A stretch of 64,000 nt of DNA from Gemmatimonadota bacterium (lineage in GTDB: Bacteria; Gemmatimonadota; Gemmatimonadetes; Palauibacterales; Palauibacteraceae). A program made the translations under genes and the position numbers. Positions 1 to 11,698 of this stretch are shown here, piece by piece. Position 1 is the first letter of the stretch; every line of letters starts with the position of its first letter. Below the pieces are notes generated by a model. That model was given only the letters and a program-made list of their open reading frames with translations. It did not search any database and had not been told where the DNA came from. The stretch spans positions 32,001 through 96,000 of the forward strand of contig OZ220691.1 in the NCBI GenBank assembly GCA_965116475.1, in the 5' to 3' direction.

Positions 1-142
1 CCGCCCCGGCCACCGCCGCCCAGGCGTCCCAGCGGCCGGACAGGGCGACGCCCACCGCAACGAGCGCGGCCACCAGGAAGAGAGCCGCACCGATGACGAC
101 GACGGGACGCGACCGCCCCGGCCCGGGCCCGCGATCCCCCAC
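1..142 (-). CDS. 5' part of a membrane protein, possibly lysylphosphatidylglycerol-synthase-TM/flippase-like (runs off the window)
   Basis: Hand translation from GTG at 142: MGDRGPGPGRSRPVVVIGAALFLVAALVAVGVALSGRWDAWAAVAGA, one TM helix. Starts 4 nt after the previous stop. The family call is a guess from the N-terminal pattern and context. Confidence 0.45.
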   Translation of the reverse strand, partial: MGDRGPGPGRSRPVVVIGAALFLVAALVAVGVALSGRWDAWAAVAGA

Positions 143-146
143 CGCC

Positions 147-1670
147 TCAGTCCGTGGCCGCGGGCGCGGGCAGTAGACGGAAGATGTACGAAGGCGGCTC
201 GCCGTCCTCATACACCAACTCGAACCGGGTTTGGTACGCCTGAATCGCGGGAACGAGGTACCGCCCCGTCGTGCCGCTTATCTGATCCACGACCACGTAG
301 TCCGCGCCCATCTCCTCGAGGCCGCGCATCACGGAGGCCGGATCGGAGGAGAACGCGTACACATCGCCGGGGCGGCGTGCGTGCCAGTAGAAGAGACGCG
401 GCTTCCGGTTCGCGATGATTGCGTCCAGGGGCGTGTTATCCCGGGCCCAGCGGGCGGCCGCATACAGGCTCGCTTCGGCGGGGCGGTCGCACGGGCGCCC
501 GGCGCGATAGGCGGCGGCGCAGACGATGCGGTCCGGCGCGGTCTCCGCGACCCAGGCAACGCCGAACACGGCAACCACGATCGGGGCCGCCCAGCCGATC
601 CACGCCCGGGAGCGAGACGCCAGCCGCCACACGGCCACGAAGGCCAGGACGAGCAATACCGGCAGGAGCGGGAGAAGGAAGCGGCGGTCCGTCCACGCGG
701 GCGGCCAGGTCAGTATGACTCCCGTGTAGAGGAACGCGAACACTTCGGCGGGCCGCAAACCTTCGCGCACGCGCAGCGTCCAGCCGGCCAGAGCCGCAGC
801 CGCAACCGCCAGGCCGAGGACCATGGAAACACCGCTCGCCCCGCCGAGGGCGCCCGGGCCGGCGAGCGTCTGCGGGAGCACGGATTCCACGTAGCGCCAG
901 GAGTTGTCGGCGGCGCGGACGATGAGGCCACCCAGATCCACGTTCCCCGCCCCGGCGTCGTAGGGGTTGGCCAGCAGCAGTTCGGTCAGGTACCCGTCCC
1001 GGCCCGGCGCGGCCCACCGCTGGTAGAGCACCCATCCTCCGACGACCCCAACGGCGGTCCCCGCCGCCCCCAGCGCGCGGCGGCGGCCGTGTCCTTCGAG
1101 GAGCCAGGCGAGGGGCAGCGCGAGGAGCAGGGCGACGCCGGCGGTCCGGGTCATGAAGGCCAAGGCCGCCGCGGTCAGCGCGAGCACAACGCCCTTCCTG
1201 TCGTCGCGCAGCGCCAGCCAGAGCGCGAGCGTGACGAACAGCGTGAACGGGGCCTCGCTGAGGATGTAGTGGCCGTACTCCAGCAGCGTCGGGTTGACGG
1301 CCAGCACGCCCGCGGCGGCGAGAGCCGGACCCTTCCCCGCCAACCGCCGGCCGAAGAGCGCCGTGACCCAGACCACTCCCGCCGTGCACGCCAGCATGAG
1401 CACCTTCGCCACGATGACGCCGCCCACCCAACCCGACAGCGCAAGCAGCGACGGCAGCACAGGCGGATACTTGTCGTGGAGCGGCGTCCCCGGGAGATAG
1501 AGGTCGCGATACCCTTCTCCGGTCCTCAGCGCCTCCCCGAGGATGAGGTATGCGGCGTTGTCGCCGCCGGGAAAGAGCGTGGGCTCGAAGACGATCAGCC
1601 CCAGCAGGAAATGAAGGAGCGCCAGGCCCGCGGCGACAAGACTGAAGTTGTCCTTCCGCGGGGCGCTCAC
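147..1670 (-). CDS. Polytopic GT-C-fold glycosyltransferase (ArnT/PMT_2/GT39-like)
   Basis: First TM followed by a loop with GGDNAAYLILGEAL...KYPP. Also ILSEAPF, about 10 TM helices and a C-terminal soluble domain. Start re-set to GTG 1670 just after the GT2 stop. Confidence 0.75.
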   Translation of the reverse strand: MSAPRKDNFSLVAAGLALLHFLLGLIVFEPTLFPGGDNAAYLILGEALRTGEGYRDLYLPGTPLHDKYPPVLPSLLALSGWVGGVIVAKVLMLACTAGVVWVTALFGRRLAGKGPALAAAGVLAVNPTLLEYGHYILSEAPFTLFVTLALWLALRDDRKGVVLALTAAALAFMTRTAGVALLLALPLAWLLEGHGRRRALGAAGTAVGVVGGWVLYQRWAAPGRDGYLTELLLANPYDAGAGNVDLGGLIVRAADNSWRYVESVLPQTLAGPGALGGASGVSMVLGLAVAAAALAGWTLRVREGLRPAEVFAFLYTGVILTWPPAWTDRRFLLPLLPVLLVLAFVAVWRLASRSRAWIGWAAPIVVAVFGVAWVAETAPDRIVCAAAYRAGRPCDRPAEASLYAAARWARDNTPLDAIIANRKPRLFYWHARRPGDVYAFSSDPASVMRGLEEMGADYVVVDQISGTTGRYLVPAIQAYQTRFELVYEDGEPPSYIFRLLPAPAATD

Positions 1671-1672
1671 CG

Positions 1673-2599
1673 TCAACCGTCCCCGCCGCGTTTGAGGTCC
1701 TCGATCTCGTCGCGGAGCTGCGCCATCGTTTCCGCGAGAAATCCCAGGATGAAGAGGAGGAGGCCTCCCACGACCAGGAGAAGTACGAGCGTGAGCAGCG
1801 GGCGGTACCCGAGTCCGAAGCCGAAGCGCAGGACGAGGGCCGTGAGTCCCGTCACGCAGCCCGCCGCGATCAGCGCGAGGCCGCTCGTGCCGAAGAAGAG
1901 CAGCGGCTTGCGCCCGAACACGAGCTGGAACCACACCGACACCATGTCGAGCATCCCGATGAGGATGCGCCGACGCCCGGAGAACTTGGGTTCGCCATGC
2001 CGGCGCGGGAGGAGGTCGATGTCCAGTTCGCCGAGCCGGTATCCCCGGGCGTGGGCGAGCACGACGAAATAGCGGTGCCAGTCGTGCCGCAGCCGGAGGC
2101 CCCTGAGGACGTCGGCCCGAAAGGCCTTCATCGAGTTGAGGTCGCGCACGGGCACCTTGAAGATCGCGCGCGCGAGCCGGTTGTAGATGGACGACGTGAA
2201 GCGCTTCTCGTAGCGCCCCACCTTACGGCCCGCGACGAGGTCGTACCCCTCGTCCAGCTTCGCCGCGAAGCGCGGAATCTCTTCGGTGGAATGTTGCAGG
2301 TCCGCGTCGAAGAGGACGAGATATTCGCCGCGGGCCGCCGCCGCGGCGGTGAGCATCGCCTCCGTCTTCCCGCGGTTCGCCCGGTGTCGAAGCACGACGG
2401 CCCCGCCGCCCAGCCCCGCCTGCCCGGCCGCCTGCTCGGCGGCTTCGGCCGTCCCGTCGCCGGAGCCATCGTCGACCAGCACGACTTCCGCCGCGAGATC
2501 GTGCTTCGCGAACGTCGCCGCGAGTTCCGCGAACAGTTCGGGCATGTTCTCGGCTTCGTCGTACGCCGGGACGAGGACCGAAACTCTCGGGTCGCTCAT
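1673..2599 (-). CDS. GT2 glycosyltransferase, polyprenol-phosphate sugar synthase type (DPM1/ArnC/GtrB-like)
   Basis: VSVLVPAYDE, LVDDGSGDGT, FDADLQH (DxD) and two C-terminal TM helices. ATG overlaps the rpoN stop. Confidence 0.9.
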   Translation of the reverse strand: MSDPRVSVLVPAYDEAENMPELFAELAATFAKHDLAAEVVLVDDGSGDGTAEAAEQAAGQAGLGGGAVVLRHRANRGKTEAMLTAAAAARGEYLVLFDADLQHSTEEIPRFAAKLDEGYDLVAGRKVGRYEKRFTSSIYNRLARAIFKVPVRDLNSMKAFRADVLRGLRLRHDWHRYFVVLAHARGYRLGELDIDLLPRRHGEPKFSGRRRILIGMLDMVSVWFQLVFGRKPLLFFGTSGLALIAAGCVTGLTALVLRFGFGLGYRPLLTLVLLLVVGGLLLFILGFLAETMAQLRDEIEDLKRGGDG

Positions 2600-4059
2600 A
2601 CGCGCCTGCGCAGCCGCGCCGAGAGGATCCCGAGCCCGTCCCGGTACTTCGCCACCGTGCGGCGCGCGATCCGGACGCCCGCTTCCTGCAGGCGGGAGGT
2701 GATCTCGTGGTCGCTGAGGGGCGCCGTCGGGTCCTCCTCTGCCACCAGCCTGCGGATGCGGGCCCGCACGCCCTCCGCCGACAGGTCTTCCCCCCCGAGC
2801 GTCGAGTAGCCGCCCGAAAAGAAGAACTTGAGCGGATAGAGTCCGCGCGGCGTCTGCACGTACTTGCCGTTCGTCACGCGCGAAACGGTGGACTCGTGCA
2901 TCTCGATGTGCCGGGCCACATCGCGAAGCGTGAGCGGCCGCAGGTGTTCGACCCCCTTTTCGAAGAAGTCGTGCTGCCGCTCGACGATGAAGTTCATCAC
3001 CTTCAGCATCGTCTGCCGGCGCTGTTCGATCGCCTGGATCAGCCACCGGGCGCTGTTGAGCCGTTCCGAGATGAACGCCCTGTTTTGTCCCTCGAACCGG
3101 GCGCGGTCGGCGGCCACGTCCTCGTAGACGGGAGAGATCCTCAGCCGCGGCAGCGACCTATCGGCGTGGGAGACGCGATACCGCCCCTCGACCTTCTCCA
3201 CCGTGAGGTCCGGGATCACGTAGGAATCGGACGCGTCGGCGTACCTGAGACCGGGTTTGGGATCGAGTTTCGCGATCTCGTCCGCCGCCGCCTGCACGTC
3301 GCCCGGCTCAATCCCGAAATCCTCCGCCAGTTCCGGCCACCGGCGGTTCGCGAGATCATCGAAGTGGCCGTCGACGATGCGGTGGGCCAGCGACCCCTCC
3401 CGCCCGCGGTCCCGCAACTGCAGCAGAAGCGTCTCGCGCAGGTCCCGCGCCGCGATGCCGCTGGGTTCGAAGGACTGGATCCGGGCGAGCATCTCCTCCA
3501 CTTCCTCGCGCGACACCCCCTCCAGCGCTTCGACGATCCGGTCGAGCGAGCAGGAGAGGAACCCGTCGCGGTCCACGTTGCCGATGATCTCTTCGCCGAT
3601 CCGCAGTTGGCGCTCGCCGAGACGGAGCAGGTTCAACTGCTCGTGGAGATGGTCCCACAACGTCCGCGCGGCGGTGGCCGTGGGCGCGAAGTATTCCCGA
3701 TCCCCGTATTCCTCGGGCCGCCCGCCCGCATCGAAGTCGTCGAGGAGGGGGTCGTCCCAGTCCATTTCCTCCGCGGCCTCTTCCGCCGCCTCCCCCTCGG
3801 CCTCTCCGGGGTCGTCTCCAGCGCCGTCTCGAGCGTCGTCGGCCAGGGAATCGCGCAGGTCGTCGATGGGGTCGTCCGGCTCGTCGCCCGGTTCCACGAG
3901 GTCGAGGAACGGGTTCTCGACGAGCGCCTCCTGCAGGTGGCTCTGGAGGTCGAGCAGCGGCATGTGCAGAAGGTCCATCGCCTGGTAGAGGCGTGGCTGC
4001 GCCTTCTGTTCCTGCCGCAGGTGAAGGCCCGCGGCGAGACTCTGCCGTCCCGCTGCCAT
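2596..4059 (-). CDS. rpoN: RNA polymerase sigma-54 factor
   Basis: Region I Q/L-rich start, HESTVSRVT helix-turn-helix, RpoN box ARRTVAKYR. Confidence 0.97.
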   Translation of the reverse strand: MAAGRQSLAAGLHLRQEQKAQPRLYQAMDLLHMPLLDLQSHLQEALVENPFLDLVEPGDEPDDPIDDLRDSLADDARDGAGDDPGEAEGEAAEEAAEEMDWDDPLLDDFDAGGRPEEYGDREYFAPTATAARTLWDHLHEQLNLLRLGERQLRIGEEIIGNVDRDGFLSCSLDRIVEALEGVSREEVEEMLARIQSFEPSGIAARDLRETLLLQLRDRGREGSLAHRIVDGHFDDLANRRWPELAEDFGIEPGDVQAAADEIAKLDPKPGLRYADASDSYVIPDLTVEKVEGRYRVSHADRSLPRLRISPVYEDVAADRARFEGQNRAFISERLNSARWLIQAIEQRRQTMLKVMNFIVERQHDFFEKGVEHLRPLTLRDVARHIEMHESTVSRVTNGKYVQTPRGLYPLKFFFSGGYSTLGGEDLSAEGVRARIRRLVAEEDPTAPLSDHEITSRLQEAGVRIARRTVAKYRDGLGILSARLRRRV

Positions 4060-4061
4060 GT

Positions 4062-4787
4062 TCAGAGCCTGAAATCCTCCCCGAGGTACAGTTGCCGCGC
4101 TTCCGGATCGTTCACCAGGTGATCCGCCTCGCCCTGCACCAGGATCTTGCCCTCGAACAGGAGGTAGGCGCGGTCCGTGATCGACAGCGTCTCGCGCACG
4201 TTGTGGTCGGTGATGAGCACCCCCAGACCCTTGTCCCTGAGGCCGCGCACGATGCGCTGAATGTCGTCGATTGCGATCGGATCGACCCCGGTGAACGGCT
4301 CATCGAGCAGCAGAAACTTGGGCCGGGTCGCCAGCGCCCGGGTGATCTCCAGGCGCCGCCGCTCTCCCCCCGAAAGCGAATACGCCTTGTTCGCCCGAAG
4401 GTGCTTGATGGACAGTTCGTCGAGCAACTCCTCCAGGCGGTCGCGCCGCTCCTGCCGCGACATCTTCATCGTCTCGAGGATCGCCATCACGTTCTGTTCG
4501 ACCGTGAGCTTCTGGAAGATCGACGCCTCCTGCGGAAGATAGCCGATGCCGGCCCGCGCCCGCCGGTACATGGGCCAGCTCGTGAGTTCGTCGCTGTCGA
4601 GGTAGACGCGTCCCTCATCCGCCTTGAGCAGACCCACGATCATGTAGAAGGTCGTGGTCTTCCCCGCCCCGTTGGGGCCGAGCAATCCGACGACCTCACC
4701 CTGCCGCACCTCGATCTCCACATGGTTCACGACGCAGCGGCGCTTGAAGGAGCGGACGAGGCCTTCGGCCCGTAGTACACTGCTCAA
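4062..4787 (-). CDS. lptB: LPS export ABC transporter ATPase
   Basis: [45 protein letters not shown]; lies upstream of rpoN. Confidence 0.97.
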   Translation of the reverse strand: MSSVLRAEGLVRSFKRRCVVNHVEIEVRQGEVVGLLGPNGAGKTTTFYMIVGLLKADEGRVYLDSDELTSWPMYRRARAGIGYLPQEASIFQKLTVEQNVMAILETMKMSRQERRDRLEELLDELSIKHLRANKAYSLSGGERRRLEITRALATRPKFLLLDEPFTGVDPIAIDDIQRIVRGLRDKGLGVLITDHNVRETLSITDRAYLLFEGKILVQGEADHLVNDPEARQLYLGEDFRL

Positions 4788-6742
4788 CGGGATCTCCCGG
4801 ATCTGAGGGCCGGAGACGCGCCGGACGTCGTGCGCCGCTCCCGTCCCGGTTGGTGGTTGCGCGCGGCGTGCTGCACGTCGCTCGGGCGGCGCCCGCGGCG
4901 GTGCACGGTGTCCGGAGGTGCGCCGACCGTGTCGGGCGGCGCCGCCGTGCTGTCGGGCCGGACATTCGACGTGTCCGATGGCGCGCCGAGCGAGTCGGCG
5001 GGGGCGGAGGCGCTGTCGGCGGCGGCTGCCGCACTGTCGGCCACGGCTACGCTGTCGGCCGCGGCCGCGCTATCCGCCGCCGACGGCGTCCCGAACACTT
5101 CGCGTGGCTCGAGGTAGGCGCCGATCGCGTGTTCTCCTTCGACTCCCGTGGGTGCTCCCGCCTCGAAGTCGATCTGGAGGCGCCGCGCCACGAGATAGTT
5201 CAGCGACGGTCGCGCGCTCGTCGTCGAATCCCGGACCATTCGGTAGAAGGCGCTGGCGTTTCCCTCGACCACGAGCTGTCGCATGAAGGGGTCTGGGGCC
5301 GGCGCCGAGTCCGCGGCGGGGACGGCGGAGCGCTCGAAGACCGCGATAAGCGTATCGCCGCGCGCCCAGTTCGCCGAGCCGTCCGTCGCGAGTTCGATTT
5401 CGGCCGGCTCATCGTCCTCCTCCGCGACTTCAGTGGTGTCCGGGGCCGCGGCGCCGGTATCCGCGCCGACCTGAGCGGAGTCCGCCGCAAGGGTGGCAGC
5501 GGTGTCCGCCGGGGGGCTGGCAGCGGTGTCCGCGGGGGCTGCGGCGGTGTCCGCGGGGGCTGCGGTCGTGTCCCGGGCTGGGGCCGCGGCGGTGTCCTGG
5601 GCGGCGGCCGCGGCGGTCGAGTCGCGGGCGGTCGGACCCGCAGCCGTCGAGTCGGGGGCCGCCAGCTCGGCGGCGGTCGAATCCACAGCCGTCGAGTCGG
5701 CGGCGGTCGAATCGGCCGGCTCCGGAGCCGCAGGCACCGCCCACGACGAGTCGCTCTGGACCGCGACCGCACCGCCGATGGCGTACGCCGTGTCGATCTG
5801 ACTCCCGTACATCACGAAGTGGATCGAGTCGCCGAGAAGCTCGTGGCTGCCGGAGACTGCCCGGCTCACACCCTCCCCGTGCGCCTGCAACCGCTCCACC
5901 TCGCGATTTGCCAGGTCGATGTCGATCACTTCCGCCGCCACCTCGAACCTCTCCCCGGACGCGTAGCCATCGCCAACGGCGTGGATCTCTTCGAGTTCCT
6001 GGTTTTGGGAAACGAACTGTATCGAATCGCCCTCGAGTCGGACCCCCTCGGCCTCGATCCACGGCTCGCCCCACAGGACGCCCAAACCATCGGCACGGGT
6101 CAGCAATGCGCTGTCCGCCCGGGCGCTCAGGTCGCTCCGATTGATGAACGCATCCCCGTAGAAGCGGGCCTCGTCCTCTCCGGCGAAGATGGCCATCTCC
6201 GATTCGACGGTGAACGGCTCCGGCGACTCGGTGTTCGTCGGATAGAACGTAACGGTCGGCCGCCCGGGCGCGGTCGTGACGGCGTCGACACCGGAAACGG
6301 CTCGCAGAAACTCCACGCGGGGGCCGAGGAGGGTAGAGCGATCCGTCAGGCGGACGAGTTCGACATCTTCTTCGGCGATGATGAAGTCGGAGAGCTGAAA
6401 GTACAGGAGGCGTTCCGAGTTCAGCGTCCTGATCGAATCTTCGTAGACGACCGCGCCGAGGAGTTCCACCTGTCGCGGCCCGTCGCGCTTTATCGCACTG
6501 TCCGCCTCCATCGTGGCGGTGCCACAGGTCCACAGGTACCGGCCGCTGAGCACGGTGACGTGCGCACCGGTCGGGTCACGGTTCGTGACGCTCCTCGTGT
6601 CGTCTTCGAGCGGGCGCCACCGGAGACTGCACTGGCCAAGCGCAGATCCGACACCGGCTTCGGGCTCCTGCGCGGCGAGCGGGCCGGTGAGGCAGACCGC
6701 CGCCGCGAGGCAGGTCGCAAACCCGCTGCGTCCGCGAGTCAC
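4784..6742 (-). CDS. LptA/OstA-like multi-beta-jellyroll periplasmic protein with low-complexity insertions
   Basis: Signal peptide (…GPLAA-QE), repeated OstA-like strands (ADSA, GDSI, GDTL), position between lptC and lptB. Confidence 0.75.
   Translation of the reverse strand: MTRGRSGFATCLAAAVCLTGPLAAQEPEAGVGSALGQCSLRWRPLEDDTRSVTNRDPTGAHVTVLSGRYLWTCGTATMEADSAIKRDGPRQVELLGAVVYEDSIRTLNSERLLYFQLSDFIIAEEDVELVRLTDRSTLLGPRVEFLRAVSGVDAVTTAPGRPTVTFYPTNTESPEPFTVESEMAIFAGEDEARFYGDAFINRSDLSARADSALLTRADGLGVLWGEPWIEAEGVRLEGDSIQFVSQNQELEEIHAVGDGYASGERFEVAAEVIDIDLANREVERLQAHGEGVSRAVSGSHELLGDSIHFVMYGSQIDTAYAIGGAVAVQSDSSWAVPAAPEPADSTAADSTAVDSTAAELAAPDSTAAGPTARDSTAAAAAQDTAAAPARDTTAAPADTAAAPADTAASPPADTAATLAADSAQVGADTGAAAPDTTEVAEEDDEPAEIELATDGSANWARGDTLIAVFERSAVPAADSAPAPDPFMRQLVVEGNASAFYRMVRDSTTSARPSLNYLVARRLQIDFEAGAPTGVEGEHAIGAYLEPREVFGTPSAADSAAAADSVAVADSAAAAADSASAPADSLGAPSDTSNVRPDSTAAPPDTVGAPPDTVHRRGRRPSDVQHAARNHQPGRERRTTSGASPALRSGRSR
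4900..5085 (-). repeat. Degenerate coding repeat giving (A/P)D(S/T)x array at the LptA-like C-terminus
   Basis: Translates to [60 protein letters not shown]. Confidence 0.8.
5431..5730 (-). repeat. Degenerate 15-24 bp coding repeats forming an internal Ala/Asp/Ser/Thr/Pro insertion in the LptA-like protein
   Basis: Near-identical units such as gcggtgtccgcgggggct on +; protein [16 protein letters not shown]...[21 protein letters not shown]. Confidence 0.85.
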
Positions 6743-7731
6743 CGGCGCGCCGCCGTCGTGGTATCGGGGGGCGCCGCCACGCTGTCCGGAGGGGTGACCG
6801 CCGTCGTGGTGTCCGGGGGCGCCGCCGTGGTGTCCGGTGGGACCGCCGCTGCCGTCGTGTCGGGCAACGCCTCCACGCTGTCCGGCACAGCCGCCGTGCT
6901 GTCCGCCGCCGCCGAATCCTGCGCCGGAAGCACGTCCGGATCGATCCCCTCCGCCCCAAGGTCGGTCTCTGCGGCCGCAGGATCGGTCTCCACGGCCCCC
7001 GGATCGACGCCCGCCGCGGCCGAGTCCCCTGCCGCCGGGTCAATCTCCGCCGCGGTCGAGTCCCCCAGGGCCGGATCGTCCGTGACCGGCTCCGAGGCAA
7101 CCGCCTCCCCCTCCGTGTCCCCGGCCGGCACCGGCGGCAGGGGGACGGACTCCGTGAAGGCGACTCCGGGGAGCATCTCGCCTTCCTGATTCAGGACGAT
7201 GATCGAGTCGAGCGCCGGGTCCGATTCGAACCCCGTCCCCTCGAGCGTCAGCCCCTCGACCCCCCGAAGGAGCCGGAATGCGGTATCGCCGTACAGGCGA
7301 CCCTCCAGGTTCCGATATTCGAGCCGCTCCGTCTCGAGACGCTGATCGTCCACCCGGTCTTCCACGACCACCTGCCGTTCGGCGTCGAGGTCCCCGCTGA
7401 GTTGGTAGAAGATCCCGAACTCCGCGGTGACTTCGGTCGATTCCAAGCCGCTCACATCGAAGAAAGTCAGGGTCATCCGCCGCAGGTGAATCTCGTTCCC
7501 CTCGCGCCATTCCGCCGTGTCGGCCTCCACGACGGCGCGCCGGATCCCATCGCGCGTGACGAACGTCCGCATCCCCTGCACCGCGGTATCCACCCCTTCG
7601 GGCAGCGGTTCGCTCGCGGTCGGAGGCCCATCGCCGGACCCGCACGCGGCGAAAAAGGGCAGTACCGACACCCAGGCGAACAGACCGAGCGCGCCATCGC
7701 GCCCCGCGCACCCCTGCCTTTCAACCCGCAA
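6739..7731 (-). CDS. lptC: LPS export periplasmic protein LptC with lipobox-like FAAC and a long acidic tail
   Basis: LptC-like core (VEADTA, EVTAEFGIF, RLETERLEY, LEGTGFESD) between kdsC and the lptA-like gene. Start uncertain (TTG 7731). Confidence 0.8.
   Translation of the reverse strand: MRVERQGCAGRDGALGLFAWVSVLPFFAACGSGDGPPTASEPLPEGVDTAVQGMRTFVTRDGIRRAVVEADTAEWREGNEIHLRRMTLTFFDVSGLESTEVTAEFGIFYQLSGDLDAERQVVVEDRVDDQRLETERLEYRNLEGRLYGDTAFRLLRGVEGLTLEGTGFESDPALDSIIVLNQEGEMLPGVAFTESVPLPPVPAGDTEGEAVASEPVTDDPALGDSTAAEIDPAAGDSAAAGVDPGAVETDPAAAETDLGAEGIDPDVLPAQDSAAADSTAAVPDSVEALPDTTAAAVPPDTTAAPPDTTTAVTPPDSVAAPPDTTTAARR
6745..7075 (-). repeat. Coding repeat array PD(T/S)x at the LptC C-terminus
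   Basis: [60 protein letters not shown]. Confidence 0.85.
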
Positions 7732-8284
7732 ACCGTCCTCCTTCCCGGAACTCCGTCACCAGCCTCTCCCACTCCCCCCGAGCCACGAGCAGGGCCTCCG
7801 CGAATTCGCGCACGGCCCCCTCCCCGCCCGGCACGGTCCCTACCCATGCCGCGCTCGCTCGGACCTCGGGCACGGCGCCGACGACGGCCGCCGGCAAGCC
7901 CACCCGTTCCATCACGGCCAGGTCCGTGAGGTCGTCGCCAAGGTGCGCGGCCTGGTCCCATGTGCAACCGCGCCGCGCGAGCATACCCCGAAGCGCCGAA
8001 AGCTTTCCCTTCCGGGAACCGAGCGAAATCTCCGCGATATCCAGCTCCCGCGCCCGCAGGCGGACCGCGGCCGACCGCTTGCCGCTGAGGAACGCGACCA
8101 CGAGTCCCGCCCGCTGCATCATCCGGATCGCCAGGCCATCGAGGGCGTGAAAGCGGCGCAGATCCCGTGGGGCGCTGAGGTCCGAGTCCGCGCCCACCCA
8201 GATCGAACCGTCCGTGAGCACGCCGTCCACGTCCAGCGACACGAAGCGAACGGACTCCGCCAGTCGGCGATCCAGCGGATTCAT
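7721..8284 (-). CDS. kdsC: KDO 8-phosphate phosphatase (HAD)
   Basis: LDVDGVLTDG, GDDLTDL, GGEGAVRE. Confidence 0.93.
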   Translation of the reverse strand: MNPLDRRLAESVRFVSLDVDGVLTDGSIWVGADSDLSAPRDLRRFHALDGLAIRMMQRAGLVVAFLSGKRSAAVRLRARELDIAEISLGSRKGKLSALRGMLARRGCTWDQAAHLGDDLTDLAVMERVGLPAAVVGAVPEVRASAAWVGTVPGGEGAVREFAEALLVARGEWERLVTEFREGGRFAG

Positions 8285-8323
8285 CGGGGTCTCGCAACTC
8301 CAGGGCTCACGGGGATCGGGCTC

Positions 8324-11621
<3,298 letters not shown>

Positions 11622-11662
11622 CGCTGGGAGGGCCGGGAGACGGTCCGGAGCGGCATCGCGAA

Positions 11663-11691
11663 AAGCTAGGCCCACGCTCCAGGGTTGTCAA
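11663..11691 (-). promoter_or_regulatory. Sigma70-type promoter for the kdsB-pyrG-kdsA...lpt-rpoN operon
   Basis: Minus strand TTGACA-N17-TAGCTT in the intergenic gap about 40 nt upstream of the kdsB ATG. Confidence 0.7.
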
Positions 11692-11698
11692 AGAAGAA

